In this document: positions 40,743 through 52,432 of the stretch, in pieces
How the letters are laid out: each line of letters starts with the position of its first letter
How positions within the stretch are numbered: position 1 is the first letter of the stretch
DNA from: an uncultured Phycisphaerales bacterium
GTDB lineage: Bacteria > Planctomycetota > Phycisphaerae > Tepidisphaerales > Tepidisphaeraceae
DNA length: 64,000 nt
NCBI GenBank assembly: GCA_963758525.1
Contig: CAVWVQ010000003.1
Coordinates: 2,400,001-2,464,000 of the forward strand
Direction of reading: 5' to 3'
Notes under the pieces: generated by a model
Told to the model about the DNA's origin: nothing
Database searches by the model: none
Seen by the model: only the letters and a program-made list of their open reading frames with translations
Program-made: the position numbers and the translations under genes

Positions 40743-42695
40743 GATTGCTGCTCCTCAAAGGCTCATTATAGGATCGCGCCGCCTCGGCGGCCGTGCCCAG
40801 TCGCGTGAGCGTATCTCCATCGCGGTCGTAGAGGTAGATCACCCGCCAGGGTTGCGTTCGGGCATAATACTGGAAGAGGCGGATGTTCTGGGCGCCCAGG
40901 TCATGCGCTCGAATGATGCGCGCGTCATCGGGCCAAGGGGTGTCGGTGTTATAGACCGGCTCGTGATAGGGCAGGTTCACGCTCCGATTGAACGGGTGAT
41001 ATCTGAAGAGAACCACCGCGGGGTCCGGCGGCAGTGCCGCCAACGCATTCTCGATGCGGACCAGATCCATCCACTGGCTCCAGTTGAATCCATCGGTTTC
41101 GGCGATTGCGCCGATCGACATCGCCACGACGGCAAGCGCAAAGATCGCGGCCAACTTTGGCCACAGCGACCGCAATTGTTCGATCCCCAGCACCGCGAGA
41201 AGGAGTACGCCGGGAACGAGGACAATGAGGTAGTGCGGCTGATACCAGACCGATAACGTATACAATACGCAGAAGAGTCCCGCCGTTCCCGCGAGCGCGC
41301 GTCGGCGTCGATCCGCAAGCCCCAGCAGGCCGACGGGGATGAGGGTTGCCAGCAGCGGATTGGGCAGTGTCACGGCAAGTGTCTCGGGCAATCGGTTTTT
41401 CCACCACATGCTCAACACGCTCTCAGTTTCATGCCGGTAATAGTTCGGCCAGGTCGATGTCACCATCAGCTCAAGATCTTCGGCGAGTTTGGGCGCAGGG
41501 CGCGATGCCAATCGATCTGATGAAACCCGACCATTGGTCCCGGAAAGTTTTCGGCCGCAAACTCTCCCTCGGGAGTTACGGTCCACCTTAGCGTCATCGC
41601 CTTGTTCTGAATCGCCTGCACCGCCAGGAATGGCGCAGCTGACAGAACAAACAGCGCGACCACCGGCAAGAGCGCCAACGCCACTTTCAGGAAATTCCTT
41701 TTCCCCCTCACCTGGTCGTCCGGTGCAGGCCCGCGGCGCGGGGCGTTGGTCGATGACGGTCCGTCGGAGTCGAATCTGACCTTGAATGCACCGTGACCCC
41801 CAGCGCGCCGCTCTCCGGAGGTCCCAGACGACGTGATAAACACACGAGCTTCTTCAGACGATTCGGCGAGCATCGCCCAACACACCGGCACGAGATACGC
41901 GAGGGCGTCGAGTGGTCGAGTGATCAATGCCCAGCCTGCCAGGGCGCCGATCAGCAGCACCCATCGCGTTTCGCGATCCCCACGCCATCGCAGCCACGCC
42001 CAGATCAACAACAGCCCCAGCAGCAGCATTGGGGTTTGCGACAGGAGCATCAGCGCAAGTGATCGAAACGTGGGCAGCGATATCATCATCAGGGCAGCCA
42101 GCGCCTCCGCGACCCCATCGACCAGCTCCGTTACGATGCGATACACCAGCCCGACGCTCGCTCCAGCCGACAGAACCGGAATTGCCCAGAACGGCAGATG
42201 CAGCCAGACGCCCGCAACATCCATCAACGCGGTGCCGGGATAATAGATCGACCCATATGTTGGCGATGTAAAGATCAGGTACGAGGAAAAGAAGTCAGCG
42301 ACTTCCGGCGGGATCGCCGGCATCCAGAGTCGCCCGTGCGCCAGCATTTGAAGCTGGATCATGAAACTGTGCTCGTCTTGATACCGCAGGATAAAGTCCC
42401 AATCCTGCGCGTAGGCAACCAGAAGCAACACTGCCGATGCCGCAACCGCAATCAAGATCGCCGCGCAACACCGGCCACCCGCCGACGGCGTGCGAATCCG
42501 CGCGAGTTGCACCGACACCAATTGCCGGGCCGCGGGAATGCATCCCAGGATGATCGCGACGCCTGTCAACTTCAGCTGCAGCGCAGTTCCCAGGGGCGCA
42601 TGCATCGAGAAGTACCAGATCAGCGCCCCGATCAGCCAGAGCAAGACCGTTCGGACTCCGCCCGCCCCCTGCAGTCGATTACCCAGCGTTTTCAT
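40732..42695 (-). CDS. GT-C fold (ArnT/PMT-like) membrane glycosyltransferase, copy A (frameshift near 41500)
   Basis: [38 protein letters not shown]-terminal [21 protein letters not shown]. Start MKTLGNRL parallels copy B. Confidence 0.75.
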
Positions 42696-42723
42696 CTTGA
42701 TTACATTAGTACAAGAGCTTTCG

Positions 42724-44534
42724 CTATCGGACATGTTCGTTGCGTCTCACAACCCCATCATAGTTTCGCGCCGCCTCGGCGGCCGTGCCCAGTCGCGTGA
42801 GCGTATCTCCATCGCGGTCGTAGAGGTAGATCACCCGCCAGGGTTGCGTTCGGGCATAATACTGGAAGAGGCGGATGTTCTGGGCGCCCAGGTCATGCGC
42901 TCGAATGATGCGCGCGTCATCGGGCCACGGGGTGTCGGTGTTATAGACCGGCTCGTGATGCGCCACGTTCACGACCGGATCGTTCGGATGATAGCGAAAG
43001 AGGACGACCGCAGGGTCTGGCGGCAACGTCGCGAGATTGCTTTCGATTCTGACCAGGTCCATCCACTGGCTCCAGTTATCCGGATCGGTTTCGGCAAACG
43101 CCCCGATCGACATCGCCACGACGACCAGCGCGAATATCGGCGAAAGGCCCGGCCAAAGCAGTCTTGCCTGCGCAATTCCCAGCATCGTCATTAGAAGCAC
43201 GCCGGGCACGATGACCATGATATAGTGCGCCTGATACCAGACGGAAAGACTGTACAACAGGCAGAACATTCCCGTCGCTCCCGCAAGCACCCGCCGACGC
43301 CGATCCGTCAGCCCCAGCAGCCCGACAGGGATCAACGTGGCCAGGAGCGGGTTGGGCAGCGTGACTTGCAGCGTTCGCGGCAGGCGCTCTTTCCACCATG
43401 CCGCCGGGAGGTTGCGAATCTGGTGCGCCCGGTACGCCGGCCAGGTTGATGTTTCGAGCAGTTCGCGATCCTCGGGAAGTTTCGGCTTCGGCGCGTGAGA
43501 CCAGTCGATGCGGTGAAAGCCGAGCATTGGCGCCGGAAAGTTCTCCGCCGCAAATTGCGCCTCCGGCGGCCGGATCCAGCTCCCCGTCATTCCCGAATTT
43601 TGAACCGCTTGGAGAAGCAGAAACGGCGCTGCGGCCACGGCGAAGAGAGCGGCTGTCTGCAATCGGGCGAGCGACAGGTTCGGCGCAACTCTGTTTCTCC
43701 TCTCCGCCAGCATGGCCCAACACACCGGCACGATGTATGCCAGCGCGTCGAGCGGACGAGTGATCAGCGCCCAGCCTGCCAACGCTCCCATCGCCAGCAC
43801 CCATGCGGGACAAGGGCTTTTCCGCCAGCGAAGCCACGCCCAGATGAGGAGCAGTCCGAGCAGCAGCATCGGCGTCTGCGAGAGAAGCATCAGCGAGAGC
43901 GACCGATATGTCGGAAGCGATGCCATCATCACGGCGGCCAGCGCGCCGGCTTCCCCGTCCACCAATTCCGTGACGATGCGATAGCAGAGCCCAACGCTCG
44001 CGCCTGCGGTAAGAAGCGGAATTGCCCAAAACGGCAGATGCAGCCAGATGCCCGCGACGTCCATCAACGCGGTGCCGGGGAAATAGATCGAGCCGTAGCG
44101 CGGCGACGCCAACACCGCATAAGAGGAGAAGAAGCCGGCGATTTCAGGGGGAATCGCGGGCATCCAGAGCCGCCCGCGGGCGAGCATCTGAAGCTGCAGC
44201 ATGTAACTGTGTTCGTCCTGGTAGCGCAGGATAAAGTCCCAATCCTGCACATAAGCAAGCACGAGAAACAGCGCCGATGCCGCGATGGAAATGATTATCG
44301 CCGCGCAAATCGCTGGCTCGCCGACGGGTCCCGAATCCGTTCAAGCTGCCTCGAGATCGCTCGTCGCACCGCCGGGACGCACCCCGCGACCACCGCGATG
44401 GCCGCCAACTGCCATTGCAGCGATGTCCCCCATGGGGCGTGAAGACAGAACAGCCAGACCAGCCCCCCGATCAACCACAGACCCAATGCCCGGATGCCAG
44501 CGCCGCTTGCGAGTCGATTACCTGGCGTTTCCAT
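42724..44534 (-). CDS. GT-C fold membrane glycosyltransferase, copy B (frameshift near 44295)
   Basis: Full-length paralog of copy A. Start METPGNRL overlaps the folE stop. Confidence 0.78.
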
Positions 44535-45144
44535 CTTTGGCGTACATCAGCGCGAGCACCTCCGCCCGACTGGCAGAGTTCTCCTTAAAGATACCACGCA
44601 ATGCGCTGGTGACCATGACGCTGCCCGGCCGCTTCACGCCCCGGATGGTCATGCACGTATGCGATGCCTCGATGACGCACGCCGCGCCAACCGGATTCAG
44701 CTCGTCCATCAGCGCGTCGGCAATTTGCGTGGTCAATCGCTCCTGCACCTGCGGCCGCCGGGCATAATCCTCGACGAGCCGCGCCAGTTTGCTCAGACCG
44801 ACGACGCTTCCTGCCGGGAGATATGCGACGTGGGCCTTGCCGGTGAATGGGAGCAGATGATGTTCGCAAAGCGAATGGAACGAGATATCGCGCAGCAGCA
44901 CGACTTCATCATATCGCTCATGAAAGACGGTTTTGAGATGCCGTCGCGGATCGACTCGCAATCCTGCCATCAGCTCTGCATAGGAGCGTGCCACACGGCC
45001 GGGGGTCTTTGCCAGGCCCTCGCGATCGGGATTTTCACCGACGGCCAGCAAGATCTCGCGAACCGCCTTCTCGATCCGCTCCTGATCGACCTGGCCTGCG
45101 TCCGAATCGTGGCGTTCAGTTTCCGGTTTGCGATTTGCCGCCAT
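44518..45144 (-). CDS. folE: GTP cyclohydrolase I
   Basis: [58 protein letters not shown]. Start codon uncertain. Confidence 0.96.
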   Translation of the reverse strand: MAANRKPETERHDSDAGQVDQERIEKAVREILLAVGENPDREGLAKTPGRVARSYAELMAGLRVDPRRHLKTVFHERYDEVVLLRDISFHSLCEHHLLPFTGKAHVAYLPAGSVVGLSKLARLVEDYARRPQVQERLTTQIADALMDELNPVGAACVIEASHTCMTIRGVKRPGSVMVTSALRGIFKENSASRAEVLALMYAKDGNAR

Positions 45145-45332
45145 TGTCTCCACCACCATTCTCTGTTCGGCCCGATTATAGCCCGCTAATTCATCACGAT
45201 TCATTTCCGCGACCTGGAAACGAATGGCGTTGGTCTCGCGCTTTGATCCGGGTGATCCGTCCAATCCGTGGTTCTCCATGCGTATTGCGGGTTAGGATGC
45301 TCTTGTTCTGGAGAGAACTGATAGGACAGGCG

Positions 45333-46310
45333 ATGGCATTTCAACCCCACTTGCCGACTTCCCTTCCGCGGATCATCGGGCATCGCGGCGCGAGCGGGGT
45401 GTTGCCGGAACTCACTCTGGAGTCGTTTCAGCTGGCAATGGAATGCGGCGCCGATGCCATCGAGCTCGATCTGGTTGCCACGCGGGATGGCCGGTTGATC
45501 GCCCGCCACGATCTGGAACTTTCGGCGACGACGGATGTCGCGGACGTGTCGTGCTTCGCGTCGCGACGCACGCAGCGGAGCGTGGAGGGCCAGGTCATCA
45601 CGGGCTGGTTCGCCGAGGACTTCACGCTGACGGAGATCAAGTTGCTGCGGGCCCGGCAGCGTTTCTCATTCCGCGACCACTGGCAAGATGGCCGATTCGA
45701 AATTCCGACGCTGGAGGAAGTACTCGATGTCGCGAGCAATGCACAAACCGGTCGAAGCGTGGCGGTCTATCTGGAGTTGAAGCACGCCGCGCACCATGCC
45801 GCGGCTGGGCTGCCGCTTGACGAGCCACTGCTGACCGCTTTGCGGAACAGCGGGATTCGGTGGACCAAATCTTCGTGCTGCATTGAAAGCTTCGAGCCGG
45901 CGATCCTTCGAGCGCTTCGGCCGCGGATCGACACGGCAATCGTCCAGTTAATCGAGTCGGCGGAAATGACGTCCGCGGCACGGCTTGCGGAAATCAAAGC
46001 CTATGCCGACGGGGTTGGAGTCTGGAAGCGACTCATTGTGCCGACCATGGCCGGGAGCGCGGATGAGGCGGACGAGTCAAACCTTTCTCTTGCGGCGGCA
46101 ACGTCGCTTGTGAACGACGTACACGCGGCGGGGCTGTCGATCGAAGCGTGGACGTTCCGCGATGAGCTGCGATTTCTGGCCGCGGAGTATCGCCGCGATC
46201 CGGAGGCCGAGTATCGGCAGTTCTTCGAACTGGGTGTGGACGGAGTGATCACCGATTTCCCGCGGACCGCTCACGCGGCCCGGGCGCGTTTCTTCGGCGG
46301 GTCGCGGTAG
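45333..46310 (+). CDS. Glycerophosphodiester phosphodiesterase
   Basis: IIGHRGASG..PE.T, IELDLVATRDG.LIARHD, EDFTLTEIK, IPTLEEV, GVDGVITDFP. Confidence 0.92.
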   Translation: MAFQPHLPTSLPRIIGHRGASGVLPELTLESFQLAMECGADAIELDLVATRDGRLIARHDLELSATTDVADVSCFASRRTQRSVEGQVITGWFAEDFTLTEIKLLRARQRFSFRDHWQDGRFEIPTLEEVLDVASNAQTGRSVAVYLELKHAAHHAAAGLPLDEPLLTALRNSGIRWTKSSCCIESFEPAILRALRPRIDTAIVQLIESAEMTSAARLAEIKAYADGVGVWKRLIVPTMAGSADEADESNLSLAAATSLVNDVHAAGLSIEAWTFRDELRFLAAEYRRDPEAEYRQFFELGVDGVITDFPRTAHAARARFFGGSR

Positions 46311-46323
46311 TTTCAGGACCTGT

Positions 46324-46541
46324 TAGAGCTCGTTGCATTACCCCCCTCTCCCGGTACTCCGGGAGAGGGCTGGGGTTGAGGGTGATTTTGACGACCAATA
46401 GGTGCCCGACGTTCAAAATCACCCTCACCCCCGCCCTCTCCCGGATTACCGGATTACCGGGAGAGGGGGCAAGTCGCTCGAAGTTCTGAAACGGGCTCTA
46501 ACCATGTGACGAAGCCTCCGCGAGTTCTGAAACGGGTTCCA
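46324..46541. repeat. REP doublet (46341-46469) nested in MITE/IS-end-like sequences
   Basis: CCCTCTCCCGGTACTCCGGGAGAGGG arms. Outer inverted TAGAGCTCGTT/AACGGGCTCTA. AGTTCTGAAACGGG occurs twice (46482, 46523). Confidence 0.75.
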
Positions 46542-46589
46542 CGACTAAGCCGCCTCGAAAATTCCGTCGCTCCATCTACAATCCGTCAC

Positions 46590-48120
46590 ATGCCGCATCT
46601 CCTGGGAATCGATATCGGGACCAGTGGAACCAAGACGCTGATTTGCGATGAGGACGGAACGGTGCTTGCCACCGCGATGGCCGAGCATCCGATCTTCTCG
46701 CCCAAGCCCGGCTGGTCGGAGCAGAATCCCGCCGACTGGTGGAGCGCGGCGTGCAAGGCGACGCGCGCCGTGCTGAAGAAGTCGAAATTGAAGCCCGCCG
46801 ACATCGGCGGCATCGGGCTTTCGGGACAAATGCACGGGAGCGTCTTCCTTGGCGAGGGGACCAAGGCGCTGCGTCCCGCGCTGCTCTGGAACGATCAGCG
46901 CACGGCCGAGCAATGCGCCGAAATTGAATCCAAGGCCGGCGGGCGCGAGGCGCTGATCGAGCTGGTGGCAAATCCCGCGCTGACGGGATTCACCGCGCCC
47001 AAAATCCTGTGGGTGCGTCAGCACGAGCCGAAGGTGTACGAGAAAACAAGGCACATCCTTCTGCCCAAGGATTACATCCGTTACCGCATGACCGGGGAAT
47101 ATGCGACGGAAGTGAGCGACGCGAGCGGCACGCTGCTGCTGGATGTGGCGAACCGCGTCTGGTCGGACAAGCTGCTGGAGTTGCTGCAGATCGATAAGGC
47201 GCTGTTGCCCAACGTGCACGAGTCGCAAGTGGTGACCGGCACGATGAGCAGCGAGGCAGCCCGGGAGATGGGGCTTGCCGTCGGCATTCCCGTGGTCGGC
47301 GGCGGAGGAGATCAGGCGGCGGGCGGCGTGGGAAACGGCATTGTCATGCCCGGTATCGTCAGCGCGCAACTGGGCACCAGCGGCGTGGTCTTCGCCCACA
47401 GTGATCAGCCGACGCGCGATCCAGGCGGCCGCGTCCACACGATGTGTCATGCCGTACCGGGCAAATGGTGCGTCTTTGGCTGCATGCTCTCCGCGGGAGG
47501 CAGCTTCCAATGGCTGCGCAACCAACTGGGGACGTCGGAAATAGCTGCCGCGAAAAAACGGGGCGTCGATCCATACGAGCTTCTGGTGGATGAAGCGGCC
47601 AGCGCCGGCCGGTTCGGAAGGACTTTTCTTTTTGCCCTATCTCACCGGCGAGCGCTGCCCTCATCCTGACCCAACGGCCCGTGGCGGTTGGATCGGCATC
47701 ACCGCCCGCACCACCCGCGCCATGCTCATCCGCTCCCTGCTCGAAGGTGTCACCTTCGGCATGCGCGATGCCCTGGAAATCATGCGGCAGATGAACATCC
47801 CCGTCTCCCAGGTGCGCGCCACCGGAGGCGGCGCCCGCAGCGCCTTCTGGCGACAACTGCAAGCAGACATTTACAAATCCCCCATCGTCCTCACCAATGC
47901 CGCCGAGGGCCCCGCCTACGGAGTCGCACTGCTTGCGGGTGTCGGGACCGGCGTGTGGAGCAGCGTCGAGCAAGCGTGCAAGGGATGCATCCGCCAGACG
48001 AGCAAAGTGTCTCCGGCAAAAAAAACCGCAGCGCTGTACGACCGCGGCTTCGCCACGTATGACAAGCTCTACTTTGACTTGAAGCCCCGATTCGCGGAAT
48101 TGGCGGCGCTGGGTTCGTGA
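46590..48120 (+). CDS. xylB: Xylulokinase (frameshift near 47605)
   Basis: [73 protein letters not shown]. Confidence 0.93.
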
Positions 48121-48130
48121 GCCAGACTCA

Positions 48131-48325
48131 TCATTGAAACCGCTCCGGAGTCACTTCCAATCGCAGTGGTATTTCACGAATTTCCGTTGGCCGGATAAGA
48201 AGGTTATTGCCGGCAGCGGGAAAGAACGCTGGCGCAAGTGCGCGGGCATGCGACTCGTCGTCGGCCCAAAGGGTTCCGATAATCCGCTGGCGATCCAGAT
48301 CGTGTTGTATTACTGAGAAGCTCAT
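48131..48325 (-). CDS. Small hypothetical protein (64 aa)
   Basis: AAGGAG RBS before ATG. A sigma54-like TGGCAC-N5-TTGT lies ~65 nt upstream. Confidence 0.55.
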   Translation of the reverse strand: MSFSVIQHDLDRQRIIGTLWADDESHARALAPAFFPAAGNNLLIRPTEIREIPLRLEVTPERFQ

Positions 48326-48462
48326 ATACCACTCCTTCACATCCCTTCGGGCCAAAAGCAATCGCACCATTGCGGACCTTGATGAGACACAAAGGGTGTG
48401 CCAAAGCTGGTATTCGCACGCCGCCAATTGAGGCGATTTGCGGGCAACCTGTTTGGAAAGCC

Positions 48463-50164
48463 TTAGTCAAAAAGCGTGGGTTCGGGCTTGAGAGCGGGCT
48501 CGGCGGTGAGCGCGCGGGCGAAGTTGGGCGAACTGTCGTACAGCGCCGCGACGCGGGCGACCTGATCGGCATCGGAGGGACGTTTATCCCAACGAATCCG
48601 CTTAATGCGGGGAAAGCGGAGCGCGTAGCCGCTGGCATGACGGGCGCTGCGCTGGATCTGGTCGAAGGCGATCTCCAGAACAACTTGCGGCATCACTCGG
48701 AACACGCGACCAAAGCGCCCGACGGCGATTTTCTGGAACAACTCCGTGAGCTGCGCAATCTCCGCGTCGGTGACGCCGCTGTAGGCTTTGCCGACGTTCA
48801 CGAGGGCCGCGGCAGGATCAGATGGATCGCGGTCCCAAACCGCAAAAGTGTAGTCGCTGAGCACATCGCGGCGTTTCCCATGGCCGAACTCGGCAGCCGT
48901 GACGACGCAGTCGAGCGTTGGCAGATGGGTCTTCAGCTTCAACCAGGCTTGCCCGCGGCGTCCGGGGGAGTAAATCGAATCAGGGTCCTTCAGCACGATC
49001 CCTTCATTGCGCCGCTCGCGGGCCAGATCGAACGCGATGGTGATCTGCGGTGCATCTTTCGCTTCCGTTACCGTGGTCTTGAGGAGTCGTTCAAAGCCGT
49101 CGAGCAGCGCACGGCGATTGCGCAGCGGCTCGCCGATCAACAGTCTGCCGTCGACATAGAGAAGATCGAACGCCACAAAGACCACCGGGTTGTCCCGCAG
49201 CATGGCATGCGTCAGCGCCTTTCGGCCCAGACGTTTCTGCAGATGAACGAAGGGAAGGACCTGGCCGTCGCGCCAGGGAACAATTTCACCATCGAGCAGA
49301 AAATCACCGGGCAGTTTCGCAATCGCTTCAACGACGTCGGGAAAGCTTTGGTCGACCTGGTCCATCGTGCGCGTATAGATCGCGATGCGCTGGCCGGATC
49401 GATGGATTTGCGCGGATGCCATCGAGCTTGTCTTCCGCCCAGAACGCGCGGCCGGCGAGCGTCTGGGCCGCGGCGGCGGCATCTTCCTGCGGGGTTGCGA
49501 GCATGAACTGAATGGGATGAAAAAGACGGAATGCCGCGGTCTCCAGAGCATCGTTTCGCGCGAGCACGGCCACTTCATCGAGATCGCCGACAAGAAGCTG
49601 GCAGCGCTGAATCTGCAGGAGCGTTTTGCCAAAAGCCAGTGCGACCGCTGCCTGAAGAACGCCCTGCTGCGCGCCGGTGCGCAGATCGCCGAAAATAATC
49701 TTGGCAACATACGCTGCTTCACGGGGATGGGTGCAGTGAGCCAGCAGGCGGGCGAGAAGTTCACGTTTGAATTCCTGGACGCCGGTGGCGGCCAGATCGT
49801 CGAATGCGACTGCGACATCCTGGAGCGTAATCGAGTGGAGCGGCGACGGAGGCGGAACATCGGGCCAGACAGCGGAGATCGCTTCGCCGACTTCTCCATG
49901 CCTGCGAACGAGCTCGTGGAATTGCTGCGGCGCAACCCGCAGCAACTTGATCGCGACTTGCGAAAATGTGGCGAACCCAAGATTCAGCGTGCGTTCGTCC
50001 GTCGAAGCGAACGGGCGACCGGCGGCGAATCGCACCGCCAGGCGCAGGTCGCGTTCGGCCAGCGTTCGGAAATACTCGGCAAGCAGCTTTTGCTTGATAA
50101 GTTTTGAAGCGGTAGCCGCCAGCGCGTCGTTCACATGAGCGAACTGGAGCAGTGTTGCGTCCAT
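48463..50164 (-). CDS. ATP-dependent DNA ligase (frameshift near 49410)
   Basis: DLRTG, QFMLA, EDKLDGIR (motif I), LLDGEIV, FVAFDLLY, EGIVLKD..Y.PGRRG..WLKLK, VGKAYSG, ALRFPRI..IRWDK. Confidence 0.93.
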
Positions 50165-50307
50165 TCTGACAGAAGTTCTGTTCCACTCCGATGCAGCTCG
50201 CAAATCGAGCGCGAGAGAAGACCCAACAGATCCAACAGCTTACCCACCTTCTGGAATGATTGGGCGATGCGTGCGGCTTTTCCATGAGGCTGGCTGCCTA
50301 GCGCGGT

Positions 50308-50499
50308 TCATTCCCGTTTCCCGCCGGCCTCGTCATCGGGCAGCGGCGTCTGGCCGTCCTCCTCCTGCACTTCCTCTTGAACAACGCCGTCTTCCACGTC
50401 CGGCGGCATGTGCGAGATCTGCTGCGCTTCGGGCGGCGAGAACTGTGCGCCACTTCTCTCGGTGTCTCCGCCGGTTGGGTCGAAAATTCCGCGAATCAT
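50308..50499 (-). CDS. Small acidic hypothetical protein
   Basis: MIRGIFDPTGGDTERSG.. with typical codon usage. Fills the gap between lig and osmC. Confidence 0.5.
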   Translation of the reverse strand: MIRGIFDPTGGDTERSGAQFSPPEAQQISHMPPDVEDGVVQEEVQEEDGQTPLPDDEAGGKRE

Positions 50500-50648
50500 T
50501 TTGGACCTTTCGTCAGGCGTAACGCAGACGCAAATAACGATGCAACCCCCGTACCACAATACGCAGTTGCGAATGCCTCGGGCGCGGGCCTACCATGTGA
50601 CTCGCATCAATTGGAAGCACAACATCATTTTAGCGGAAGGAGCTTGTT

Positions 50649-51077
50649 ATGCCGGTTCGAAGCGCGGACGCAGTGTGGGAAGGCGATCTCAAATCTGGCA
50701 AGGGAAAAGTGAAGGTGGAGAGCGGATCCTTCGAGGGGCAATACTCATTTTCGACCCGTTTTGAGAGCGGCAAGGGGACTAATCCCGAAGAGCTGATCGC
50801 GGCTGCCCACTCCGGCTGCTTCGCGATGGCGCTGTCGGCGGGGCTGGGCAAAGCCGGCTTCACTCCAACGAAGATTTCCACAACCGCGAAGGTCACGCTC
50901 GACAAGGTTGGCGAAGGATTCAAGATCACGCTGATCAAGCTGTATACCGAAGCGTCGGTGCCGAAGATTGACGAGAAGCAGTTTGCCGAGATCGCGACCG
51001 CCACCAAGAGCGGTTGCCCGGTTTCGCAGGCGCTGTCGGCGACGAAGATCGAATCGGAAGCGAAGCTGGTGAAGTAG
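50649..51077 (+). CDS. osmC: OsmC peroxiredoxin
   Basis: AVWEGDLKSGKG, YSFSTRFE, GTNPEELIAAAHSGCFAMAL, CPVSQAL. Confidence 0.95.
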   Translation: MPVRSADAVWEGDLKSGKGKVKVESGSFEGQYSFSTRFESGKGTNPEELIAAAHSGCFAMALSAGLGKAGFTPTKISTTAKVTLDKVGEGFKITLIKLYTEASVPKIDEKQFAEIATATKSGCPVSQALSATKIESEAKLVK

Positions 51078-51082
51078 GCATT

Positions 51083-51233
51083 GAGGCACGAAGGCACGAA
51101 GGCGCGAAGGCACCGAGGCACGAAGGCACGAAGGCACGAAGGCACGACGGGAATGACGCTGGCGCGGCGGATTTTGTTCCGCTCCGTCTCCTCTTTACTT
51201 TCTACCGTCTGGTGCTCTCGCGCAGGGCAGAGG
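51083..51233. repeat. GGCACGAA octamer tandem array plus pyrimidine-rich tail (intergenic copy)
   Basis: 8 near-perfect octamers, then GGATTTTGTTCCGCTCCG..TTTACTTTCT..GCTCTCGCGC. Confidence 0.88.
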
Positions 51234-51279
51234 GCCGCGGCTTTTTGGTTGGGGTGCTTCAATCGATAGCCCTGATAGC

Positions 51280-52422
51280 TTAGGGGGGCGGGAGGACCAT
51301 GCCCGGTGTGGCTCGGGGGTGGTTCGCGAGGCGATGGTAGAGCGCGACGGTGCGTCGCACCTGGAGATCGAAGCTGAGGTTCGTTCGGACGTGGGCGGCG
51401 GCGGCGGCGCCCATGCGCCTCAATCCTTCAGTGTCGGAAAGGAATGAGATCGCGGCGGCGACGAACTCCGCGCGATCAATCGGCGTCGATCGCCCGGTGA
51501 CGTCTTCGATGATCTGCGACATCGTGCCGCCGGTTCTTGTTCGCAGCACGGGAATGCCGGTGCTCATGGCTTCGACCGCCGAGAAGCAAAAGCCTTCGCG
51601 CAGCGACGGGACGAGCAGCGCGTCGGCGGCATGATACACGGGCAACGGATCGCAATAGCCCACCAGCTTCACGCGGTTGCCCAAATGTTCCGCGGCGATC
51701 CGCTCGCGGACGGGGCTGTCGTGCGGGCCGTCTCCAGCCAGGACAAAATGCAGTTGCCGCAGCCTGTCCTTCGCCGCAGATGCAACGTCCAGAATCCAGT
51801 CTTCATTTTTCGGTACATCGAGCCGTCCCACGAACGCGGCTACGACCGCGTTATCGGGGAGCTCGAGTTGTGCACGAGCGGCAGCGCGGGTCGCAGCGTC
51901 GGGAATCGGAAAGCGGGCAGGATCGACGCCGTGCGGAATCAGGGCGATTCGTTCGGCAGGAACCGCGGCGCTTTCGATGAGCCATTGCCACGCTTCTTCG
52001 GAGGGAACGTGGACAAAGTCGCCGAAATCGCTCAGCCATCGGCGCGGCCCCGCCAGCGAAATCCCGGGCTGGTGCAGCGTGTACAAAATCGGCGGGCGCT
52101 GCTTCTGACCGAGCCGGCGCGCGACGAGCGTCGCCCGGCGATAATGGGCGTGGATGATGTCCGCCGGGTGTTCGCGGAGGATGCGGCGGAGCTTTCGAGC
52201 GCTCTGCCACAGCGAGGGGAGATTTCCCTTCAGCGGAAGTTCGATCCACGGCCAGGGAGCGTTGTCAAACAACCTGCGCCATGCGCCATGTTCACCAGCA
52301 ATGCGGAGATCGTGTCCTTGCGCATGCATCGCCGAGCAAAGATCAAACAAGTACCGGCTCACGCCGCCGGCATCCGAGCCGGCGGTGAGATGCAAAATTC
52401 GCAGTGGGGGATCGGTGCTCAT
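51280..52422 (-). CDS. GT4 glycosyltransferase
   Basis: GGVSRY, DIIHAH, IPHGVD, FVGRLDVPKN, AGDGP, PSLREGF..AVEAMSTG.P. Confidence 0.92.
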   Translation of the reverse strand: MSTDPPLRILHLTAGSDAGGVSRYLFDLCSAMHAQGHDLRIAGEHGAWRRLFDNAPWPWIELPLKGNLPSLWQSARKLRRILREHPADIIHAHYRRATLVARRLGQKQRPPILYTLHQPGISLAGPRRWLSDFGDFVHVPSEEAWQWLIESAAVPAERIALIPHGVDPARFPIPDAATRAAARAQLELPDNAVVAAFVGRLDVPKNEDWILDVASAAKDRLRQLHFVLAGDGPHDSPVRERIAAEHLGNRVKLVGYCDPLPVYHAADALLVPSLREGFCFSAVEAMSTGIPVLRTRTGGTMSQIIEDVTGRSTPIDRAEFVAAAISFLSDTEGLRRMGAAAAAHVRTNLSFDLQVRRTVALYHRLANHPRATPGMVLPPP

Positions 52423-52432
52423 CCGCGACGCT

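Noticed and set aside
44988..45332. N-terminal extensions of GDPD and FolE overlapping each other
   Set aside because: Conserved domains begin at ~45333 (+) and ~45144 (-). The intervening DNA contains a short ATCCG-type repeat and is likely the divergent promoter region.
48388..48404. Second sigma54 promoter (TGGCACACCCTTTGT, minus strand)
   Set aside because: The -12 element is GT rather than GC, so it is noted only as weak support for the small ORF.
51083..51150. Octamer array as CRISPR
   Set aside because: 8-nt tandem units with no unique spacers and no cas genes.
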